Positions 8,440 through 17,095 of a stretch of DNA of 64,000 nucleotides are shown here, one piece after another; positions within the stretch are counted from its first letter, which is position 1, and every line of letters starts with the position of its first letter. The stretch is from a virus. The position numbers and the translations under genes were made by a program. Under the pieces are notes generated by a model. That model searched no databases and was not told the DNA's origin. It saw only the letters and a program-made list of their open reading frames with translations. The DNA lies in IMG/VR virus record IMGVR_UViG_3300044991_002272. One strand, 5' to 3'.

Positions 8440-11136
8440 TTATGTTCCTGCTGGTTTTCTGAAACTTCTTACTTTGGCTGCAATCTTGCGTTGATAATCC
8501 ATCAACGTGTTTTGATACCCCTCTACAGCAGCCAAGGCAGCTTTTGATGCAGCCTGATCAGTTTTGGCAAGATCTTTAGCCTCTTCTTCCATTCTCTCAA
8601 TATCAGCAATGAACACGCTGCTCCAGAACTTTCTCAACGCAGCTTCCATACTTTGTCCAATTTGGCTACTGAGCTTGTGAACATTCATTGCCATGATAAT
8701 TTCATCAACAATGAAGTTCACTTTGTCGATCAAATCTTGGCTTATTTGAACTACACCATCTTGCATGACTTTTTTGTTATGCGTTTTGCTGACCAACAGA
8801 TCAAACTTGTTGGCCTCTTGTGCAGCAACGTTTGTTAACCAAGCTAGGAACTCATTGGTGAAGTCAGCTGGGCTGAATTGTGTGTCAACCCAATTCATAA
8901 ATGCCACATTGTCTTTCAAATGCTTGCTGGGATTACGAACTGCGCTGTCAAAAATACTTTCAAGTGAGGCACCAGTTGTTTCCGCAGTTGTGAGCTTTTC
9001 TTTTTGTTCTTGTAACCATAGATCCAGTTGATCCACAAACATTTCTCTATCAACTTCGTTTTTGAAGAGAACATTGTCCATAGTCATCATAATCTTTTTG
9101 CTGGCCATTTTCAACACTGCATCAACGTAGCTATCACTGTCAAATTCGCCGTCTGGTCTCACAAATTGCTCTTTTTTCTCAACCACTCTATCCAAACCGC
9201 GTTGAAGTGCCAACAGCATGTCTGAATACTCTCTGCCACTGATATACACATCGTCATCGCCCACTTGAATATAAAATTGGCGGCTGTCAGAATGGATGTT
9301 ACGGCTGGGGTCAGGCACGTCCAGTTTGAATTTATCTGCAAAGTTGTGAACCAACATACGAGCTATTTCACTAGCCTCTTCACTCAAATCAGCCCGCATC
9401 AAAGCCTCGCTATCATGGAAATCCTTTTGCGAACTCCATCGAGGCGCGGCAGCAATATAGTCGGTTGCGTCTTTCATATGGCCAGTTAGTGGTTGTGTTT
9501 TGATATCAGTGGGATTCATAGCAGCCACAACAATTATATTGTAAGGCAGCTTGACATCATCAGTGAAACTTTTGTTCAAAATCACTCTGCGCAATGTGTT
9601 ATAAGTGGCTGCTTCTTCAGGACGATTGAATTCATCAAAGAACAAGAGATACTGCTTGGATTTTTCAAGCCATTCTTGTTTCCTGGCTTCAGAGATTTTG
9701 GATGAGTTAAGAAAAGCTTCTTTCTTCTTCTCCATCTCATCCATAATCTTCTTATACAATGGAGGATCAGCAAACTTCACATCATATCTGCCGTCCTTTT
9801 CTTGAGGCAATGGAATACCTGTTACATCTTCAGGACGCAATCCACTGCAAGAAACACGAATAAGGCGCAAGTTCAACTTGTCAGCAATGGACGCCATTTC
9901 TGCGGTTTTACCAATGCCAGGTTGTCCAGCAACAATAGGAACATAGGCTCTAGCATCGCCCATTTTTTGAGCCATTTCAACCTGATGCATCAGGGTATCA
10001 CGCCAAAGAGTTGGACTGTTGGGGCTTACTGATGCCAGTTCACTACCACTTGTATCTCTGATAATATCTCGGACTATGGCATCAACCTTGCTGTATAGCT
10101 TGCTGGTGTTTTCAATGTCCTGGAAATTGGCTTTGATATTGGCCAAAAGAGCAGCAGCATCTTCTGTTGTTTTGACTGGCACTGCTGCATTTACATAACT
10201 GATAATCTGTTCCCAGCGACGAGGACTTGTTCTGATTTCATTCTCAACATCATCAAAACTGATGTGCTCATCTTTTATGGCTTTGTAAAAAGCTGTTGCT
10301 ACCTCTGGCTTGAGATGCACACCATCTTTTTCAAATTTGGCAGTCAAATAATGAAAGAAATCACTTTTGTTGGGCGGGGTGAAATGAATTTGTTGAAACT
10401 GATAATTCAAAGGCATTTTTTCAACAGTGCCACCCACATCTTGTAGGTTGCTGGCATACAAACTATACACGTTTGACGGCAAAGGATCTTGACCCACTCG
10501 TTTGTCAATCACCAATTCACGCAAAATGTTGCGCACACCGCCAGTTACTTGGCGCATGAACTCATCAAGGAACAGGATACTTTTGTATTTGCTACGAACC
10601 TCACTGACTCTGCGAGGAATACTTGTGTTGGTGCCACCTAATGCTTGCCAAATGGCCTTGGTGTTGTTGCTGGCATTGGTGTTGATATGATTCAACAGTT
10701 CTTGGTCACTGACTGGCTTTTGGGCTTGTAACAGGGAAACCAAGTGACTTTTACCATAAACCACGTCCCAGTCTTTTGTGCTGATCTGTTCACTACCGGC
10801 TTTTTTGGCTTTGGTAAGGGGATTGTAGACCATAAAAGGAATGTTAACAAGATGCTCTTCAGTAATGTGCGGAGCTTCCACAACCACTGCATTCATACCC
10901 ACTAATTCAGCCAACTGTGCAACAAAGGTGGTTTTGCCAATACCAGTTGGTCCCACAAGGATAACACCTGAAATGTGATCCAGCATGTTGTCCAACACGT
11001 CTTCAATCATTTCTGTTCGAGAATTCAGTGTAGCACTGCTGACAGATATTTTGGCTGGTGCTGGTTTTGCGCCACTGCCGGGAGAGACAGCTTCCAATAA
11101 TGCGTTTTGTAATACTCTAGTAATCTTTGATTTCAT
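8440..11136 (-). CDS. MoxR-like AAA+ ATPase with two tandem ATPase modules
   Basis: GPTGIGKT..LFLDE..YASN and GQPGIGKT..LFFDE..AAMNP; start MKSKITRV at 11136. Confidence 0.85.
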   Translation of the reverse strand: MKSKITRVLQNALLEAVSPGSGAKPAPAKISVSSATLNSRTEMIEDVLDNMLDHISGVILVGPTGIGKTTFVAQLAELVGMNAVVVEAPHITEEHLVNIPFMVYNPLTKAKKAGSEQISTKDWDVVYGKSHLVSLLQAQKPVSDQELLNHINTNASNNTKAIWQALGGTNTSIPRRVSEVRSKYKSILFLDEFMRQVTGGVRNILRELVIDKRVGQDPLPSNVYSLYASNLQDVGGTVEKMPLNYQFQQIHFTPPNKSDFFHYLTAKFEKDGVHLKPEVATAFYKAIKDEHISFDDVENEIRTSPRRWEQIISYVNAAVPVKTTEDAAALLANIKANFQDIENTSKLYSKVDAIVRDIIRDTSGSELASVSPNSPTLWRDTLMHQVEMAQKMGDARAYVPIVAGQPGIGKTAEMASIADKLNLRLIRVSCSGLRPEDVTGIPLPQEKDGRYDVKFADPPLYKKIMDEMEKKKEAFLNSSKISEARKQEWLEKSKQYLLFFDEFNRPEEAATYNTLRRVILNKSFTDDVKLPYNIIVVAAMNPTDIKTQPLTGHMKDATDYIAAAPRWSSQKDFHDSEALMRADLSEEASEIARMLVHNFADKFKLDVPDPSRNIHSDSRQFYIQVGDDDVYISGREYSDMLLALQRGLDRVVEKKEQFVRPDGEFDSDSYVDAVLKMASKKIMMTMDNVLFKNEVDREMFVDQLDLWLQEQKEKLTTAETTGASLESIFDSAVRNPSKHLKDNVAFMNWVDTQFSPADFTNEFLAWLTNVAAQEANKFDLLVSKTHNKKVMQDGVVQISQDLIDKVNFIVDEIIMAMNVHKLSSQIGQSMEAALRKFWSSVFIADIERMEEEAKDLAKTDQAASKAALAAVEGYQNTLMDYQRKIAAKVRSFRKPAGT

Positions 11137-11138
11137 TA

Positions 11139-11399
11139 TCAATCCCATTTCAATATACGAGCCCACAAGTCTGGATCAGTGTCTCTAATCAGTTCCAATT
11201 CACTACCTGGCTTCACTGAGTGACCAGGAGGCAACACACCTGTCATAGGCTGAGAGGTATTGTGTGTTACCTCTCGCATTTGGTGAGGGATTTTGAATTT
11301 TAACTTTTTCTCAACCAATGATGGTGGACTGGCAACAACGGATTGCGTGGTCTTTTTTTGAGGTTTTTGTGGCTTTTTGGCAAATTCGTTGGCTTGCAT
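11139..11399 (-). CDS. hypothetical protein (86 aa)
   Basis: ORF with GAGGA SD downstream of a late promoter. Confidence 0.6.
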   Translation of the reverse strand: MQANEFAKKPQKPQKKTTQSVVASPPSLVEKKLKFKIPHQMREVTHNTSQPMTGVLPPGHSVKPGSELELIRDTDPDLWARILKWD

Positions 11400-11425
11400 A
11401 AGGATTTCCTCGTGAATTTCAAAGG

Positions 11426-11432
11426 TATTTAT
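11426..11432 (-). promoter_or_regulatory. T4-type late promoter ATAAATA
   Basis: Heads the 86aa-AAA-VWA-LRR operon; the motif recurs upstream of many genes. Confidence 0.65.
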
Positions 11433-11445
11433 TGTAGTGCACGGT

Positions 11446-12861
11446 TTATGATTTGTTGCGAGGCAAAGATTTCAAAAGAGCTTGAGTCTCTTTTTTGTAA
11501 TTGTCGCGAATCTTTTTGGGATCTTTGAGCAACTGTTGCAGTGCATCAATTTCAAGGGTCAAGCGTGCAATGTCTTCAATAATCTTCTCAACACTGTCCT
11601 TGGACCATCGATAGCTGGGAAGGCCTACAATTCGATCCAGTTGGTCTTCGTCTAGGCAAACGCCTTTGACCAGTTTTTCAACTCTAGCTTGCACTTCAGC
11701 ACGATTTTGGGCCAAGGGCAAGAATTTGGGCAAGCCACCCTCAACACAGAGTTTGATAGCTTTGGCAAAGTTCAGTTCTCGTGTGAGATCAGCAATTTGT
11801 TTTTCATAACGCTTGGCATACCAACTTAGTCTCCACTCCACAAATGCTTGCACTAGCGACTCAGGATTGGGATATTGGCGGATGCTGGCGCCGTTGAAGT
11901 CTAGAACAACCAATCGCTGTGTTGTCTTGCTTTTGAGTTTCAAAAATCCAATGAACTTGTCTTCATCCCAGCCTTCAATCGAACCTCTTTTGAATCTGAT
12001 TTCTACGTCAATTGTTTTGGTGCTGCGGTCAATGTAGGTGGTGATGCTGCCGTCATCTTCCATTTGATTTAGTCGAGCTTTGAACTTTTCAAGGCTGAGA
12101 TCAGGCGGCAACTCAGTTACCCGTAACACTGTGCTGCCTTCAATCTTGACCTTTCCGGTGAACTCATAGCTGTTATTGCCAAGAGAATTGACACCTACAT
12201 TGAGATAATCAAAGCTGGGCAGTAGTGCGGGCAATGGTTTTTTGTCAATAGCAGCCACAGTTGCAGCCACTAGGTTTTCCAAGCTGTGGGGCAAGATCTC
12301 TGTACTCCAGCCCACAGCAATACCGCTCACACCATTTAGCAGCACCAATGGCACAAGTGGCAGAAAGTTCACTGGTTCCAGAGTGCTGCCATCATAATTG
12401 GGCTTCAATGGCACAATGTCAAGGTCAGTGTAGAGCAATGCGTCAGCAGCCCGACCACGTTTTACATAAGTGTATCGAGGTGCACCCCAACTGTCTGGAC
12501 CAACTCGAGTGCCAAATGCACCAATGCCATCAAACAATGGAACATTGTTCAGATACGGTGCTGCCAGTCTACTGATGGTTTCAGCAGCACTAACGTCTCC
12601 GTGAAGAAACAGCCCTTCTTGAATCGCAGAACCGGCAAGGCTGATGGTCTTAACCTTCTCACTTTTGCTTCTCATCAACCACAGCATCTTACGTTGTCCA
12701 TCCTTCAAACCATCACAAATGCTGGGAATAGCCCGGTTTTGGGCAGTGTAGATGGCATATTCTTTGGAGCTTGTGTTGATGAAGGCGCTTGTTTGCCCGC
12801 CAATGTCCACAATGTCTGGTGTCACAGGTGTAGTTGATGTTCCTGCTCGAGACTTCTTCAT
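11446..12861 (-). CDS. type IIA DNA topoisomerase, GyrA/ParC-like subunit (T4 gp52-like)
   Basis: RAIPSICDGLKDGQRK, HGD, GAPRY active-site Tyr; start MKKSRAG 1 nt after upstream stop. Confidence 0.95.
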   Translation of the reverse strand: MKKSRAGTSTTPVTPDIVDIGGQTSAFINTSSKEYAIYTAQNRAIPSICDGLKDGQRKMLWLMRSKSEKVKTISLAGSAIQEGLFLHGDVSAAETISRLAAPYLNNVPLFDGIGAFGTRVGPDSWGAPRYTYVKRGRAADALLYTDLDIVPLKPNYDGSTLEPVNFLPLVPLVLLNGVSGIAVGWSTEILPHSLENLVAATVAAIDKKPLPALLPSFDYLNVGVNSLGNNSYEFTGKVKIEGSTVLRVTELPPDLSLEKFKARLNQMEDDGSITTYIDRSTKTIDVEIRFKRGSIEGWDEDKFIGFLKLKSKTTQRLVVLDFNGASIRQYPNPESLVQAFVEWRLSWYAKRYEKQIADLTRELNFAKAIKLCVEGGLPKFLPLAQNRAEVQARVEKLVKGVCLDEDQLDRIVGLPSYRWSKDSVEKIIEDIARLTLEIDALQQLLKDPKKIRDNYKKETQALLKSLPRNKS

Positions 12862-12862
12862 G

Positions 12863-14740
12863 TTAAATTTCCATCCATTGTTTTCTGAGATCAGCTTTTG
12901 TGTGATTGAACAAGAGGTCAAGAGTCCCGTCAAGTTTGCCATCATCAGTCAAAGGCACAAGCCTGGGCTTCAACAAACTGTTGCGCCAATCAACTTCTTC
13001 CAAACTGCCCAGGCCCTTTGCCCTAGTGGGCTTGGGACAACCTTCCCAGTCACGTCCATTGTAATTGGTGTGGTCATCACTGTACCAATAATGCCGGTTC
13101 TTTTTCTTGTCCTCTTGAATAATGAATGGTGTTGAGAACACAAGGAAAAATGGTTGTTGCTGAGGATCAAACAATTCTGACCAGTGCAGATAAAAGAAGT
13201 TAACCAAAAGAGCCATAATGTTAGCGCCATCTGTGTCACTGTCACAAGTGATCCACACTTGTCCATACCTCAAGTTGTCACGAACACATTTTTGTCCCAG
13301 TGTTAGCCCAATGCTGCTCATGATGTCTTGTAGCACACTGTTGTCCAACACTGTTTTGTTGCTCTCACCTCTCACATTTAGGATCTTGCCCCGCAAAGGC
13401 AGGCCACCATGCACATCTGGATCACGCACCGCTGCCACACTGCTAACTGCCGAATCACCTTCTGTAATCAACAAGATGCATTTGGTTCGATCTTTTCCTG
13501 TGGCATCCATTAGCTTGGGCACTTTGGTGCGCAGCACTTTTCGTGCCAGCTTGGCTGTTTCAGCATCATCTTTTTTCTGAGTACGAGCTGCACAACGGGC
13601 ATAGATTTGATCAATCCATTCTTTGTGATCCTTTTGAATCCTCTTGTACAGCTTGTCGTCATCCAAGGCTGTGCGAATGTATGACTCCACGTCCTCATTG
13701 ATTAGTCTTGTTTTGTTTTGGCTATCAAAGTTAGGAGCGTGCATCTGCGTAATATTGTAGACCAAGATGCCTTCTTGAATGTCACTTCTGTTGGGTGTGA
13801 GTGCCCGCCTACGACTTTCTTTCTCTAAGCTTTTGAGAAGATTGGAGAAAAATACACGTTTGAACACATCTATGTGGTGCCCACCGTTGAACGCAGGAAT
13901 ATCATTTACTGTGCTGTGAACAAACTCACCCTCAGTTTGAAAATTTGGCACAAGGAAAAATGTGCTGAGAAAATTGTCTGCTTCCGAGGTGATTTTGATG
14001 AAGTTGGAATCTGAGAAAAATGTTTTCTCCACAGTGTTTTTGACAACCACTTTTTCACCATTGAATGTGAATTTAACAGTGGGATGATTGGCTGCCACCT
14101 CATACACTCGAGATTGAACAAAACTTGTGGGCAGGATGCGATGTTTGAACACACCCTTGCTGAGAGTGAAAGTCAACTCTGTGCCAGACTTGGCTGCGCT
14201 TTTGATGATTTTGGGATCACTTACTTGTAAGTCTTTGAACACAGCATTGGGTTCGGAAAATGTTTGTGTAAACTTGCTGCCGTCCCGATACACGGTTACT
14301 GTACTGGTTTCACAGCAATGGATTGTAGCCGAGCTGCCAATACCATTTGTGCCTCGGACTTCCCCACGTTCGCCAAAATTACGTCCAGCACGTGGATACA
14401 CCAGCACCATAGTGGCTTTGTGCATGTTTTCACTTTCATCCCAGTCAATGGGAATACCACGCCCATCATCTTTCACACTGAAGCTGCCTGCTGTTTCATC
14501 GTAAGAAACGTCAATACGGGATCCAGAGCTGTGACCAATTACCTCATCTAGAGCATTATCAAATATCTCGCGAAAAGCGCAATACATGGCTGGTGTCCAT
14601 GTGACTTCTTGTGCTTCCAGTTTTTTGCCAGTCCAGTTGATGACAGTTTGTGTATGCGGGCTTCTGCTGCCCAAATACATTTCAGTGCGTAATCTGATAT
14701 GGTCCCCGTCGCTTAGCTTCCTGATATCGTTGTTGCTCAT
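12863..14740 (-). CDS. type IIA DNA topoisomerase, GyrB/ParE-like subunit (gp39+60-like, unsplit)
   Basis: EIFDNALDE, DDGRGIP, GTNGIG, TEGDSA, PLRGKILN, DSDTDG, KGLGS. Confidence 0.95.
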   Translation of the reverse strand: MSNNDIRKLSDGDHIRLRTEMYLGSRSPHTQTVINWTGKKLEAQEVTWTPAMYCAFREIFDNALDEVIGHSSGSRIDVSYDETAGSFSVKDDGRGIPIDWDESENMHKATMVLVYPRAGRNFGERGEVRGTNGIGSSATIHCCETSTVTVYRDGSKFTQTFSEPNAVFKDLQVSDPKIIKSAAKSGTELTFTLSKGVFKHRILPTSFVQSRVYEVAANHPTVKFTFNGEKVVVKNTVEKTFFSDSNFIKITSEADNFLSTFFLVPNFQTEGEFVHSTVNDIPAFNGGHHIDVFKRVFFSNLLKSLEKESRRRALTPNRSDIQEGILVYNITQMHAPNFDSQNKTRLINEDVESYIRTALDDDKLYKRIQKDHKEWIDQIYARCAARTQKKDDAETAKLARKVLRTKVPKLMDATGKDRTKCILLITEGDSAVSSVAAVRDPDVHGGLPLRGKILNVRGESNKTVLDNSVLQDIMSSIGLTLGQKCVRDNLRYGQVWITCDSDTDGANIMALLVNFFYLHWSELFDPQQQPFFLVFSTPFIIQEDKKKNRHYWYSDDHTNYNGRDWEGCPKPTRAKGLGSLEEVDWRNSLLKPRLVPLTDDGKLDGTLDLLFNHTKADLRKQWMEI

Positions 14741-14799
14741 GTTCTCTGTACTCAAAAATTGTAGTGTGATTATATGTAGTGTTTTTGTTGGGTCAAAAC

Positions 14800-14830
14800 A
14801 AAAGGGCAGGAATATTATTCCTGCCCTTTT
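14800..14830. terminator. intrinsic terminator
   Basis: AAAAGGGCAGGAAT-att-ATTCCTGCCCTTTT. Confidence 0.85.
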
Positions 14831-14853
14831 TAAATCTCAAATTGTTGATACTG

Positions 14854-15540
14854 TTATTCTCGATCACCAATCAAGTTGAGGAGCAGCTGAAAGATGTTGA
14901 TGAAGTTCAAGTAGAGACTTAGTGCCCCATACAAACTGCTTTTGGCAGGACTGTCAAATCCAAACACTTCACCATTGCTGTAGTAATCATTCTTCAAGTT
15001 TTGTGTGTCGTAAGCCGTGAGCCCCACAAACACAATAACGCCAATAATGCTCACAACAAAGGTCAAGATTGAACTGGCTAGCCAAATGTTTACAACACTG
15101 GCTATCAATACTCCAATCAGGCCCACCATCAAGAAAGTACCCATGCTTGTGAGGTCACGGGAGGTAGCATAACCATACACGCTGGCAGCACCAAAAGTGG
15201 CACTGGTAATGAAAAACACAGTGGCAATACTAGTGCCAGTGAACTTGAGGAAAATTGTGCTCATGCTCAATCCCATGCTGACAGAAAATAGCCAAAACAG
15301 GAGATTGGCTGTGCTGTAGCTGAGTCGTTCAATACCAAAACTCAACACCAACACAAATGCCAAGGGCAAGAGCATAAGGCCAATGCCTGTCCATCCTGTC
15401 ATGAGAGCGGCAAAAAATTTAGATACCAGCCAAGCTGTAGCTCCTGTTACAACCAAGGCGGCTGTCATTCGATTGTAGATGCCCAGCATGAACGTTCGAA
15501 GTCCGGCGTCATAACTGGAGTCGGCAGCAAGTGTGTTCAT
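14854..15540 (-). CDS. yccA: Bax inhibitor-1/YccA family membrane protein
   Basis: About 7 TM helices; GLRTFMLGIYNRM, AYDTQNLK, ALSLYLNFINIF. Confidence 0.9.
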   Translation of the reverse strand: MNTLAADSSYDAGLRTFMLGIYNRMTAALVVTGATAWLVSKFFAALMTGWTGIGLMLLPLAFVLVLSFGIERLSYSTANLLFWLFSVSMGLSMSTIFLKFTGTSIATVFFITSATFGAASVYGYATSRDLTSMGTFLMVGLIGVLIASVVNIWLASSILTFVVSIIGVIVFVGLTAYDTQNLKNDYYSNGEVFGFDSPAKSSLYGALSLYLNFINIFQLLLNLIGDRE

Positions 15541-15553
15541 TGTAATTCCTTTT

Positions 15554-15821
15554 AAAAGTGCAACCGCTTCTGTTCCAAGGAGGGTTGCCCTCCCGCTGAG
15601 ACTATGCGGCTATTAGACCGGTAGACTCAAATGCAACGTTGTTGTCGTTAGCATTTGTACGTTTAGAACTGTTCCCATCTCTGGGCGGCCATATCTCACC
15701 GAATGCCTCCTTCAACCCTTACTGCCTGCAATCGATCCTATTTCATCCCCGTTTGGTGGAGATGCGGAAGCACTGCCCTCCCGGTCTTGCATAGCCTATT
15801 TGATTGCTATCAACAGCATCA
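15554..15821 (-). ncRNA. ssrA: two-piece (circularly permuted) tmRNA
   Basis: Order: T-arm CGGGAG-GGCAGTG-CTTCCG, 3' acceptor strand CATCTCC-ACCA (15764-15754), AAC, then 5' strand GGGGATG (15750-15744) with G3.U70; tag ORF 15652-15602 = ANDNNVAFESTGLIAA*. Confidence 0.93.
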
Positions 15822-15827
15822 CTTCCT

Positions 15828-15855
15828 AGTATATCAGGTATTCTTCAGTTGTCAA
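15828..15855 (-). promoter_or_regulatory. sigma70 promoter of tmRNA
   Basis: TTGACA-N16-TATACT with extended -10 TG. Confidence 0.8.
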
Positions 15856-15858
15856 CCA

Positions 15859-16698
15859 TTAGGTTGGTGGTGTGCCAAATTGTGCCACGGGTGACCCCTG
15901 TTGTGCTGCGGCAAGACAGGGATTCACTCCGGAAACACTGCGACTGAAGCCAGATGCAAATCCAGATGTTAATGCTGTTGTGATATTTTGTGTTTCGCGA
16001 GCTACTGCTCCTGTAACTTGGCTTATACCAGCGCCAATGGTGCCTAGCAAGCTGCTGACCCCACTTATGGCGCCAGTGAGTACTCCCACAGCACTCCTTA
16101 CAACTCCAGCAGCAGCTTGTACAACAGCAGAAATGCCACCCACAACTGCCCCAATCAAGCCAGAAATGGCAGAGGTTATAGCCCCAATTATGCGTGCAGG
16201 GATACTTACAAGAGCTCCTACAAATTGGCCTATAGCACTAGTAATAGATCCCAATGTGTCGTTGTATCGGCCTTGTATGGTTCCTATGTAATCACCAACA
16301 GTAGCACACCTACTGGGATCTTGTGCTCTACCTGGTTGAAAAAAGTCATTTATTGCCCGAAATATTCGCGTACCGTCATCCACAATCCTGTCTCTATGAC
16401 TTGCCAACAGTGTGCCAAAGCCGCCTATTTGGCCAACAGCTTGCAATGGTCCCAAGCTCTGTTGCACTGCCCTCTGAGCGTCAGGATCATTGGCTGCGGC
16501 TGCTTGTGCAGCTTGTATAGCATCATTTATAGCTACTACTTGAGGTTGATTAGCATCTTCGTTAATCTGTCTAACCAATCGATCATAGGCCGGATTGACT
16601 CGAGGTGGTGGTAGATCCTCAATTTGTATACTCGCTATTTCATTAGGGGTTGCTATGACATTGAAGGCCACATACCCGCCGTCTCGCTCACCAGCCAT
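15859..16698 (-). CDS. Gly/Ala/Ile-rich hypothetical protein, probably late/virion
   Basis: 279-aa ORF; GGAGA SD; TTAAATA at 16727-16721. Confidence 0.7.
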   Translation of the reverse strand: MAGERDGGYVAFNVIATPNEIASIQIEDLPPPRVNPAYDRLVRQINEDANQPQVVAINDAIQAAQAAAANDPDAQRAVQQSLGPLQAVGQIGGFGTLLASHRDRIVDDGTRIFRAINDFFQPGRAQDPSRCATVGDYIGTIQGRYNDTLGSITSAIGQFVGALVSIPARIIGAITSAISGLIGAVVGGISAVVQAAAGVVRSAVGVLTGAISGVSSLLGTIGAGISQVTGAVARETQNITTALTSGFASGFSRSVSGVNPCLAAAQQGSPVAQFGTPPT

Positions 16699-16744
16699 AT
16701 TTGATGTTCTCCTTTTTGATTATTTAAAGGAGAAATCAGGGAGG

Positions 16745-17026
16745 TTATTGTGGAGATATGCTGCCAGCTTTGACTTTTGCCTCTAGATCGGTATAACCGC
16801 CAATATGCACGCTGTCGATCCAAATTTGAGGCACAGTTTTGGCACTTGGTAACTTGTGCAACAGCTCAGCCTTGGTAACATATTGTTGGTTTGATGCAGC
16901 AGGTGCTTCATCGTATCCAGGGCTGATGATAAATTCCTTGTAGGGAATATTCAAACTCTTGAGTAGGTCTTTGGCCCGGTCACAATAGGGGCAAAAATGT
17001 TTGCTCCAAATCTCTGCTTGCATCAT
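16745..17026 (-). CDS. glutaredoxin
   Basis: CPYC, TVPQIW, IGGYTDL; start MMQAEIW after AAGGA. Confidence 0.93.
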   Translation of the reverse strand: MMQAEIWSKHFCPYCDRAKDLLKSLNIPYKEFIISPGYDEAPAASNQQYVTKAELLHKLPSAKTVPQIWIDSVHIGGYTDLEAKVKAGSISPQ

Positions 17027-17095
17027 AGGTTTCCTTTGGTATTTCTTGTAATATACCTGATCACCCAACGTCGTGTCAAAACGTTGGGTGTCTGA

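Noticed and set aside
15602-15652. Tag altered to a non-degradative form
   Set aside because: Ends LIAA, consistent with a normal ClpXP-type degron
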